Assembly: GCA_965112735.1 (NCBI GenBank)
Contig: OZ218950.1
Location: 2,728,001-2,792,000, forward strand
DNA: 64,000 nucleotides
Direction of reading: 5' to 3'
Source of the DNA: Phaeosaccion multiseriatum
Taxonomy: Eukaryota; Protista; Ochrophyta, other classes
Part shown: in pieces, positions 11,136-21,385 of the stretch
Layout: every line of letters starts with the position of its first letter
Position numbering within the stretch: position 1 is the stretch's first letter
Notes under the pieces: generated by a model
Databases searched by the model: none
Seen by the model: only the letters and a program-made list of their open reading frames with translations
What the model was told of the DNA's origin: nothing
Position numbers and translations under genes: made by a program

Positions 11136-11574
11136 ATGCGGAAGTACGCAACTCCTTTCTGAGATCGTTGATTGGCACCCCTGACAATCATTGGTTGGTG
11201 GTGATTGTCACAGATGCCATCAGTTGGTGATGATTGTCACAGATGCCATCAGTTAGTGATGATTGCCACGGATGCCATCAGTTGGTGATGATTGTCACAG
11301 ATGCCATCAGTTGGTGATGATTGCCACGGATGCCATCAGTTGGTGATGATTGTCACGCATGCCATCAGTTGGTGATGATTGCCACGGATGCCATCAGTTA
11401 GTGATGATTGTCACAGATGCCATCAGTTGGTGATGATTGTCACAGATGCCATCAGTTGGTGATGATTGTCACAGATGCCATCAGTTGGTGATGATTGTCA
11501 CAGATGCCATCAGTTGGTGATGATTGTCACAGATGCCAGTCAGCGATCTTAAGAGGAGTTGCGTACTTCTGCAT
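11136..11574. mobile_element. Putative non-autonomous foldback/MITE-like element: ~55 bp imperfect inverted repeats around a 29 bp tandem array
   Basis: 11136-11190 is the near reverse complement of 11521-11574. No coding capacity and no clear TSD. Confidence 0.55.
11194..11538. repeat. Minisatellite, 29 bp x ~12 (GTTGGTGATGATTGTCACAGATGCCATCA)
   Basis: Units start at 11194, 11223, 11252 ... 11513; no spacers. Confidence 0.97.
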
Positions 11575-11833
11575 GCGCCCCGCGCCAACAACCGGCTGCC
11601 TCCCCACCTGCACGCCGCCAACGAGCAGCCAAGACTCCATCTTTCTCCACTGTTTTCCTTTATTTTTTCTTGCCCCTCACTGCTTCACTGACTTAACTGT
11701 CGCAATTCTCTTCACTGCCTCACTTCCCTCATTTCTTTCATCGCCTCCCTTCCTCCACTGCCTCACTGACTTACTGCCTCAGTGCCTTGCTGCCTTGCTC
11801 ATCACTGCCTCACTGCCTCACTGCCTCACTGCC

Positions 11834-14800
11834 TCATTGGCCGGCGGTGGGAGAGAAGGGAGCATTACCGGCGGGGGGCGGCAGGCGAGGAGAAAGAGGC
11901 CCCCCCACCCCTTCTTCTTGTTGTAAGCCTTGTAAGCGGCCTTGGCCTTGGCGAGGGCTGTAGCACGCATCCGCCTTGAGCAACACTCGGGTAGACGGAG
12001 ACTCCTGTCTGCTGCCGCTGCCACCGCTGTGACCACCGCTGTGACCACCGCTGTGACCACCGCTGTGACCACCGCTGTGACCACCGCTACCGCTGCTGCT
12101 ACATCGGTCTTCCTTGCCGAGCAGAGGCGGCAGTGCAGTAAGGTGGGAATGCCCTCCCGGTGCTGCCGCTGCTACCGGCGCTAGCGTAGACAGGTCGGTG
12201 CCAACTGGTACCACTGCTGTACCACCAACTGCTACTGTTGGCGCCGCGTCATACCCCTCCCCCTTGGCCTCTTCTTCCAAGGCGTTGCTCGCCCTTGCAA
12301 TGGCACTGGCAGTAGCAACATCAGAAGCGGTTGGTGATACAGTGGCAAGCCTTGCCCTTGCCCTTGCGTCGTCTTGGTCTTCTTCCTTGCCCCGCGCCTC
12401 AAACCGGCCGAGAGCTACCGCAGGGATGAGAGAGGGGGGGGGGCGATCGAGGGCATCTAACGCGGCAAGGGGGTTCTCTCCTCCTCCTCCTCCTCCTCCT
12501 CCTCCTCCTCCTCCTCCGCTTCGCATACTTCTCCCCTGAGTCGCTGCTGAGTGAGCAGTGTCGCTGCCCTTAATGGTGTGAGTGGTGGGGAGGGGTACGT
12601 CGACATTTGTGGGCAGACGCACTGGCGCCGGGATGGTTGGGCGGATCCAGACCTTAGCCAATCTGGAGAGGGGGAGAGGGAGGGAGGGAGGGAAGAAGGG
12701 AGGGAAGAAGGGGGAGAGAGAGAGAGAGAGAGAACAGATGGAGGGAGGGAGAGGGAGAGACAAGAGAGAGGGTTAGTGGGCGAGGTATTGGGTGTGCAAA
12801 GCAGCAGCGCGAGACTCGTCCATCAACTCCAGGTCATGAACATTCCGCGGTCAGCCTTTTGCTGACATACTGCACATTATTGTTCCATTCTCTTTCCACC
12901 ACTGCCCACTACCGCCTTCTGTCGCTCTCTTTCCCCCCTATTCTCTGTCTCTCCCTCTGTCTCTCCCTCTGTCTCTCCCTCTCTCTCCCTCCCTCTCCCT
13001 CTCCCTCTCTCTCTCCCTCTCCCTCTGTCCTCCCCCCTCCCTCTGTCCTCTGTGTCACTTACCCTTCGCTGCCCACCGTCACAAAGCCGCTCCTGCAGTG
13101 CTGAATCATGCAGTGAGGCCGCAGCGCCGTGGTCTTGAAGCACAAAGGAGTGGCCATCGGGGCCGTCGCTCTCCGCAGACTCGGGGCAATGACGCCAAGC
13201 TTGAAGTTGGGCCCCTGATTGGGTCCTCCCTGCCCCTGATTGGGTCCTTCCTGCCCCTGATTGGGTCCGCCCTGCCCTTGATTACTCCCCACCAGCTCCT
13301 GCCCTTGCCCCTGTCCCCCCTTGGATCCTGTGAGTCCCGACACCCCGCCCCCCCGGAGATTGAGGTTGTCCAAGTTGGGCATCATCGCGTCTCCCCCCCC
13401 ACTCCCTCCTCCCCCTGTGGGGAGGCTGCTGTTGCTGACGGCCACGTGGAGCAGGGGAGTCTCTGTCGCACCCCCCCGGAAAGCCTTGCTGTGGCTGCGT
13501 TTGATAGCCCCTGCAGGGCTGCTGCTGCTGCTACCGCTGTTTCCGTGGCTTATGCCTGGCCAATAACCGCTCCACTCATTCTCGGTGTATCCTTCCCCTC
13601 CTCCTCCTCCTCCTCCTCCTCCTCTTCTTCTTCCTCCTCCTCCTCCTCCTCCTCCTCCTCCTCCTCCTCCTCCTCCTCCTCCTCCTCCTCCTTTTCCCCC
13701 TCCTCCCCCTCCTCCTCTTCCTCCCCCTACTCCTCCTCCTCCTTTTCCTCCCCCTCCCCCTCCTCCTCTTCCTCCCCCTCCTCCTCCTTCTCCTCCCCCT
13801 CCTCCTCCTCCTTCTCCTCCTCCTCCTTCTCCTCCTCCTCCTCCTCCTCCTCCTCCTCCTCCTCCTTCTCCTCCTCCTCCTTCTCCGCTGGGGGAAGCGA
13901 GAGGCGATTCCGACATACCCGTGCTGAAGGCGCTACCGGCACTCAGTGGTGCAGCGGCAGCAGCAGCGGCAGCCGCAAATGCAGACGGGGACGTCAGTGG
14001 AGAGGGACCTCGTGCTGCCTGCGTCAGGGGAAAGCCGCCCTCTTGCAAGAGGCAGTCCGATGATCTGTAACGGGTCTGACTCCCCAGGGGGACGGGCAGG
14101 GGCGTCTCGGGGCGACCACTTAGAGAGTCGTCCTCCTGAGGGGGGGGGAGGGAGAGAGGGAGGGTGGGAGGGGTGCCGTTACTCACCGTTACATCCCGCT
14201 TCCCCCCCCGTTACCCACCCATACGTATCCGCCGTCCTCCACCCTAACCCGTACCGTTAACCCGCCGTTACCATCGTAATTCACCGTTACCCATAAAGTT
14301 AACCCGCCGTTTAACGCCCCCCCCCCCCCCCCACTTCGCACCTCTTCGAACTCCCACATGGCCATCTTGCAGTCCTCCCCCACAGATGTGAGGCGGTAGC
14401 CGCCCCCCTCCCCCCCTCCCCATCTGTCGAAGGCCACTCCTCTGACCCAGCTGCTATGTGCCTCCCCGCGCATCACGCATCTTTCAAGTCAAGTCCATGC
14501 GTTGGGAGATTTGGAGATTGGACAGGAGATGGAATATTGGAGTGGAGCAGTAGTGGGGGAGTGGAACAGCAGTGGAACAGCAGTGGAACAGTGGATAGGA
14601 GATAGGACGTTGGAGTGGAGCAGCAGTGGAGCAGTGGGGCAGCAGTGGAACAGTAGTGGAACAGTGGAGAGGAGATAGGACGTTGGAGTGGGGCAGCAGT
14701 GGAGCAGTGGGGCAGTGAACCAACAGCAGTGGGGCAGTGAAGCATTGGAGTAAGCAGAGCACTGACGAACATGTACACATCCCCCCTACACCCTACATTG

Positions 14801-17800
14801 GGTACCCACCCTCCCCTCCCCCTCCACCCTGCCTCGCATCGCCTTGCTTTACGTACGCTAAGGAGGGGCGCGTGGCACTTCACTCCATATTCACAGATGG
14901 CGTACAGCATCCTTCTGTCTTTCATTCTTACTTACCTGCGATTCCTGCTGGAGATGCCCCACAGACAAATCGAGTCATCCTCCCCTCCCGTGGCGAGGTA
15001 GCGGCCTGCAAGCATTCATTCGTTCGTTCATAGGAAGGACCATGAAGGGAAGGACCATGAAGGGAAGGGGTGTAAGCACGTAAAGCTCAGGCAGTCAGCG
15101 TGTGCGTGTACATGTACTGAGGACAAGAGCGGCGCGTCCTACGATGGTAGGGCTTGTGTCATTGGACTGGATTGGAATGGATGGCAGTGGATGGCAGTGG
15201 ATTGGATTGGATGGCAGTGGATTGGAATGGATGGCAGTGGATGGCAGTGGATTGGATTGGATGGCAGTGGATTGCAATGGATGGCAGTGGATGGCAGTGG
15301 ATTGGATGGTATAGGATTGGATTGGATTGGATGGCACTGGATTGGAATGGATGGCAGTAGATGGCATTGCATTGGATGGCATTGGATTGGAAGTGATGGC
15401 AGTGGATGGCATTGGATTGGGTGGCATTGGATTGGATTGGATGGCATTGGATTGGATGGCATTGGATTGGAATGGATTGGAATGGATGGCAGTGGATGGT
15501 ATTGGGTTGGGTGGCATTGGATTGGATCGGATGGCGGTGGATGGCATTGGATTGGATTGCAGGGACACGACGCGTGGGTGGGTGCGTGCGTACGTATGCT
15601 CGTTAGTCTCTGGGCCCGTCCGTAACTGATTCCTTTGTGGAGAGCTGATCATCGTCCATTCTACTTTCCTTGTATCCTCCTTGTTCCATATTTATGACTC
15701 CTACCTCCCTTCTATGCCCCCTGTTCCATGTTTATTACTTATTACTTACCGTCGGGACTCCAGTCCAGGCATAGGAAGGCCCCGAACCAGCTCCGAAAGC
15801 CAAAGAGAAGCGTCTGCAGAGTGTAGTCCAGCACACTCAACACGCCGTCCTTAGTGCTCACCGCTAGCAGCAGTCTCTCCTGTGGCTGCCGCTGCTCTTC
15901 CTCCTCCTCCTCCTCCTGCTGCTGCTGGTCGTGGTGGTGGTGGTTTGGGGGGTGGTGGTGGCGTGGGTAGGAGGACGGGGCGGCGGGGGTCCGAAGCACG
16001 ACAGGACTGAACGCCATGTCCGTCACCAGCGCGCCCCGGCTGTGATCTCCAAGCCGCCAGCGGGTCTTTGGGTTATACCCCGCGGCGTTATTCTCCACCT
16101 GCAGAACGAAGCGGCCCGAGGAGGCAGAGTAGGGATTGGCCGGCAGGCTATTGCTATCATCTCCCACCCCTACCCCTCCTGCCCCGAGCTCACTCGCGCC
16201 GCCGCTGCTACCAAAGGGGTTGTTAACCCCACCGCTGACACTCCCTCTCAAAGGGGAAGGGGATGAGATGTAGGAGGGGGGCCGTGGGGGGTAAGGCGAA
16301 GAGGTCGAGGTGGAGGCGGGCGAGGGCGGTAGGGAAGAAGCATGTCCCCCGGCTGCTGCTGCTGCTGCCCCTGTGTAGTCGTGGGCACTGGCAGTGCTGC
16401 TGCTGCTGCTGACGGCCGTGTCGTAGCTGTGCTGGTGAGGAATGGGAGCCGCCAAGGCCCCCAGGGGCTTCTCGTTCCGACAAGAGCTGTGAAACGTGAA
16501 CAGGTCCCCAGTGCTGAAGGCCACAATGATCTCATACGCCTCGCTGCCGTTACCATTGCCGCTGTCGCTGCCGTCCTCCTCTGGATGAAGTCCCGCCCCC
16601 ACCGCTTCTTGTCCCTGCGTCTCGCCACCATCGGCTGCCATCCCTTCCTGCTGATACCTATTACTACTACCACTTGCCCTTGCCCTTGCCTTAGGTCGAG
16701 TGGTGCGAACTCTGCGCGGAACAAACTTGATGACGGCGACGCTTCCCTTGCAAATTGTCTGATTCACGTTGTGCTCGGACAGCACTGACGGATTGGCACC
16801 AAACAGATTAATCGTCGCCACCTCCCCCGTGCGGAAGCCCACCGCCACCGTCTTATCGGGTTCTACATCCGGCTCCATTGGGCAATCACCGTCGCCAACA
16901 CTTGTACTTCCAACGTCCCGACTCGGAGTCCTCCTCGAAGAAAGAGGAGGCGCGGCAGGGTGGGCTCCGAAGATGTCGTGGCAGGTGGGTGACGTCCTGA
17001 ACTTGACCTTTTGCTCGATGCGGTCCCGCAAAACTGCTGCTTCCCCCTCCTCTCCTTCTTCTCCTTCATCGTCCCTGACACCAGAGTAGTCGCCATGCCC
17101 CTTCTTCCTGTTGCCGTCGTGGCTGCTTGCAGTGGCACCTCCCCGCCTTGCGCCAGGCTGCTGCTGCTGTTGCTTCCCCTCCTCATCATCTTCCATACCA
17201 TCGGTTGAGTCACCATCACTGGTCTGCGGTGCTGCTCCTACCCAAAGCTCTCTGCTGGAGTCGTGCTTTTGGAAACGGAAGTATTGAAGCGATTCATTCA
17301 CGCTGGCCAATACCCAAACCTCCTCCCCCGTATCAGTCGGATGTTGAGTCCCCGACCCTCGCCTCCCTGCCCCACCACCATCTTCCGCTCCTCGAGAGAG
17401 ACCCCCAGCTCCTCCATCGTACTGCGCCTCGTTCGACTCGTCTCCAGAGTAAGGCATACCCTCCTCCTCCTGCTCCTCCCCTCCCCCCCCTTCCTCCTCC
17501 TGCAGCAGATCTCTCCGCAAAGCTGACTCGTGATTCCACCGCCGTTGGCGCTGACCATAATGCTGATGGACAGTGTCCCTTCGAAGAATACTGAGGTAAT
17601 ACTGGTCCCCAGCAGGCTGTGCTCTGGCTCTCTTTTGGGGAAGGGCTCGAGAGAGGTCCAGCTCCAAGCACGCCTTCAAGTCATATTGGTCCTACAGCCA
17701 ATGAGGCCAAACGATGGGAGCAAAAGGGGGAGGCGAAGGGAGACTCAGCGGGTTGACAGGGCGTGTTGCCCAACCAAGGGCGGAAAAGAGGCAATGAGAG

Positions 17801-18036
17801 GGGCGGGGAAGAGGGCAGATCACAAGAGAGAGGGAGAATGAGAGAAAGAGAGAGATCATTTCCTTCTGAGCGTGGAGAGGAAGAAGAGAAGAGTGAGAAA
17901 GGGAGGATAGGAGTACCTTCTGGCCTGAGCCGTGCCTCTTGCGAGCACGGACGGAGGTCACTTCAGCTGGCTGCTGGGCTAGTGAGTGCGACCTCTCATG
18001 CTGTTGCTGGCGCTGCTCCATCCTGTGATGGCTCAT
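11834..18036 (-). CDS. WDR20: WD40 repeat protein, WDR20/DMWD/CreC-like
   Basis: Exons 18036-17917, 17691-15750, 15005-14936, 14480-14342, 14135-13063, 12662-11834. FRSWFGAFLCLDWSPDGRYLATGGEDD, GEAHSSWVRGVAFD, YRLTSVGED and KVWIRP match recalled WDR20 signatures. Confidence 0.85.
14540..14738. repeat. Intronic degenerate ~11 bp repeat (GTGGARCAGCA)
   Basis: Repeated gtggaacagca / gtggagcagca units. Confidence 0.8.
15162..15560. repeat. Intronic pentamer/decamer satellite (GGATT/GGAAT/GGATGGCAGT)
   Basis: ~400 bp of 5-bp-periodic units. Confidence 0.92.
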
Positions 18037-18271
18037 CTCCTCGCTACTAGATCATGGAAGCAAGCAGGATCGGCTATGGCTATGTTTATCATCCGCCATG
18101 TACTGATAGATAGGGGAATCAGGAAGGAAGGTGGTACAGAAAAGAGAGAGACCAGTGGGGAAGCAGGAAGGCAGCCCACCGAAGTGCCCGGAGTGGTGCT
18201 CCAAAAAATCACAGAGTCGTGTAACGGGATAGAGGGGCAGCACCGGGCCCGCGGTGAGGCCGTAGAGCGCC

Positions 18272-20294
18272 ATGCCGTCCATCGCGGCGTTTGTGAATGG
18301 GCTTCTTGCCGGGGACATGTATAGTGAAGGGGAGGCGCATCTGCTGTACGAGTGCATCGGCGAACTTAACGACGGACAGCTGAAGCTCCTGATTAAATAC
18401 TGTGAGCGAACTTTGCCTGGACTGAGCAATCCGATGTGGGTGGATTCGCATCAGCAGCTTCTGAAGGTAAGAGTTGCGTCCCGCAGCTCTTTCCCTTCGC
18501 CCGGGTTGCTCAGCAGCTCCCTCTGAACTTTCTCTCTCATCAGGCTAGCTGTGGCGAACGAGATCGTCGTGAAGAAGAGAGGGGCCGCGCTGCCCGAGAC
18601 GAGTTGATTAACCTCACACAGGCGCACACAGGTCTAAGGGCTAAGGTGTGGGACAAGAAACACGCGAAGCTGGACAAGGAGCTTGGTAAGTAACAGAAGC
18701 CCACGCAGCCCTGTTGTTGATATAACCAGCCGCTATGGCTCTTGCTGGCGCCCTTCCGCTTACTCGTATGTGTCTCGTTGTCTCGCTGTAGGCAAGTTTC
18801 AAAAGTTTCTAAAGGAGCGAGCGCACAAGGAGGCAGAAGATCACGTCCGCGGAGAGGAGCGGAAGCGGATGTACGCCGAATCCCTCGACCTCCCAGAGCG
18901 CGCCATCAAAGGGAGGATGCAGAAACGGATCCTTCTCTCTCTGTCCTGCTGTGCCTGCATGTTCGCTCCATCTCTAATGCTCTTGCCTGCACCCATAGAG
19001 CTTATCATTGTCCTACTGGTGGGGGTCAGTGTGTCCGGCTGTCTATGCTGCTGTCTGGGGATGCTCAAGGGCGCAGTTAAGATTTGGCCGACGGATGAGG
19101 AGGTATTGGAGAAGGAGATAAAGGCTAGACAAAAGACCATTTTGAAGGTGAGTGTCATCCTTACCCTGCCGCAAAACAGCCCCTGGGGAATCAATCTTAT
19201 CGAACATTTCGAGAGGTTGCTTCCACTTCCAAGTTCCACGCACACCAACCGTCCATACACACACTTCTGGTCTGCCGCTGAAAGAGCGGACAACATACAT
19301 TCCACTACTCTGATCGCCCTCGTCTTGTCTGCAGCCTTGCGCTGTACTTGCACATTCTCTGGACTACTGCGGAAACAATCAAGTCTTGTCCAGTCTCTGA
19401 GGCCTTGGAACTTTTCTTGTTCCCCACAACATCATTCATGCCTAAAAACAACAGGGCTACGAGAAAGACATGAGGACTCACTACGAAGAGTTCGAGGCCC
19501 AATTTGAGGTAAGATAGTAGGGAGAGTGGGATAGCACTGGGGTAGTAAGCACACGCTCTCGTCAAAGAAAGGGCGAAGGAGATGAAGCATGGACGAGATG
19601 ACGATGGAAGAAAGCTGATGGGTGAGTGTCTGTACTCCACGCGCTTCTCTGACCTCTTTACGTTACTCAGGAGGACATGGCGTGGCGAGACAACTTTATC
19701 AAAACACAACGAATGCTCAAGAAGACAGAGAAGCTTCAGTTAGAGCGACAGGCAAACCTGCCAGCAGCGGGGGGAGGGGGTGGTGAAGGTACAGGTACAG
19801 GCAGTACGGTACCCGAAAGCAGCAGCAGCGGCGGCGGCGGCAAAAACTTGAGCTGGATGGACAATGCCCAGGAGAGGGGAGGGGAGATGGCAACAGAAGG
19901 AGGGTTTTCCGACCACAATGAGCTGGAGGCGACGATGCTCATGGCACCCCCAGACACCACGCCACACGACGAGGCAGCAGGGCAGGTCACAGCCGGGCCC
20001 GCCACAGAGGGGCAGACCACAGCAGGGCCGGCCACAGAAGGGCCAGCCACAGAAGGGCAGACCACAGAGGCCCAAGCGAAAGTGGTAGCAGCACCGGACA
20101 AAAGGGAAGGGACACAAGGACAGTTTACAGTGGGGCCATCCGCAGCAGGGCAGGCCACAACAGCACCAGCGACACCGGTAGCGGCCTCGTTGGACAAGAA
20201 GGACGGGAAAGAGGGGCGGGTGGTGGCACAAAGAGGAGGCCAGGTCGGCGAGGACAATGACGTCGAGTCCGGTGTTCGAATAGATGACAGCTGA
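18272..20294 (+). CDS. Hypothetical coiled-coil membrane protein
   Basis: Exons ~18272-18466, 18544-18685, 18792-19147 (possible 87 nt internal intron), 19455-19508, 19671-20294 join in frame. TM-like LIIVLLVGVSVSGCLCCCLGML. Start codon uncertain. Confidence 0.6.
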
Positions 20295-20725
20295 GGAGGA
20301 AGAGGAGGAGGAACGGAGGACATGCGAACATGTCAATGACTGGGGTAGCTAGGAGGATTGCTTTCAAAGGCTTTCCCCGCCATGTCTCCCCTGGAGCAAC
20401 GCTTCTTCCTGGCTGTGGACAGCCCGCGGGTGACACCCGCCCCAATCCATTCCCCCGATGGCCGCTCTCCAAGGGAATCCCCCGCGGCTAGGAGAGAAGT
20501 TCACCCTGGACATCGGGTTGCTGGGCTTCGCCTCGCAGGTAGGGTTAAGAGCTGGCACGGCATCACGTGGAACGAAGCAAGACAGGAGAGGAGGTGCCGA
20601 GCATAGACCGATCCGACCCGTGTTTGAGGGGTCGTCGCTGCCTGGGCCCCCCTACCTCATGGCCGGGGGCGCTTTCGCCTTCCATCGCTCTCGTGTATTC
20701 CTTCGGCCTGCCCGAGGGGGGTGAC

Positions 20726-20812
20726 GACGAGTCGCTCTTGGTGGGTAATTTCGGCCTAGACACCCACCACGACGAGTCGCTCTTGGTGGGGAACTTCGGC
20801 CTAGACACCCAC
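20726..20812. repeat. 45 bp tandem duplication
   Basis: gacgagtcgctcttggtgggNaaYttcggcctagacacccac twice. Confidence 0.9.
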
Positions 20813-21385
20813 GGCTACGATGGAATGGCGACAAAGGCTCTGCTCAGCGGCAGCGGGGACGGAGAGGAGGAGGAGGAGGAGGAGGAGGAGTGGAGCACGC
20901 CCGTGGGGACTACGAACACGGGCCGGAAGGAGCAGCACAAGAGCAGGACCAAGGGGGATGGCTGACGATGCATGGTGAGGCACGCGATTCAAGCATCACC
21001 AACATCATCCCACAGGAGCATGAGCTCTTGCCGCCCACCCGCAGCAGAGAGCCGCCATTCCGGCTGACGGGCCCAACCCTCACAAGGGGTGCCGAAGGGA
21101 TGAGAGGCTTGGAAGGCACCCGCCCCTGACCGCCTGGCGCTGGCCAACAGTCGGGGTGCCGCTGGCCAAAGAGAAGTGCTTCGCCCCTGCAGCGAGCGGC
21201 GACACGAGTCCGTCGCTAGGGAAAGGAAGCGCGCTCCTTCGTCCCCTCAGAATCGACGAGAGAAACGCGTCATTCCCTCTCGCTCCCCGGCTTTGGGTTT
21301 TTATTTTTATTGTAATGAAAATTAAAGGTGTTGGTGAGCGAGGGGCCGCGCCGACCGCCAACCACCAAACACGCTCTTCCCTCAC

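Noticed and set aside
11194-11538. CRISPR array
   Set aside because: Units are directly abutting with no unique spacers, there are no cas genes, and the context is eukaryotic.
11194-11538. C/D box snoRNA cluster (GTGATGA in each unit)
   Set aside because: No CTGA D box on the same strand within the units; 29 bp is too short.
13585-14070. Extensin-like poly-proline ORF
   Set aside because: Antisense of the poly-Gly stretch in the WDR20 exon.
15095-15652. Repetitive ORFs (SNPMPS / MAVDGIG)
   Set aside because: Translations of an intronic pentamer satellite.
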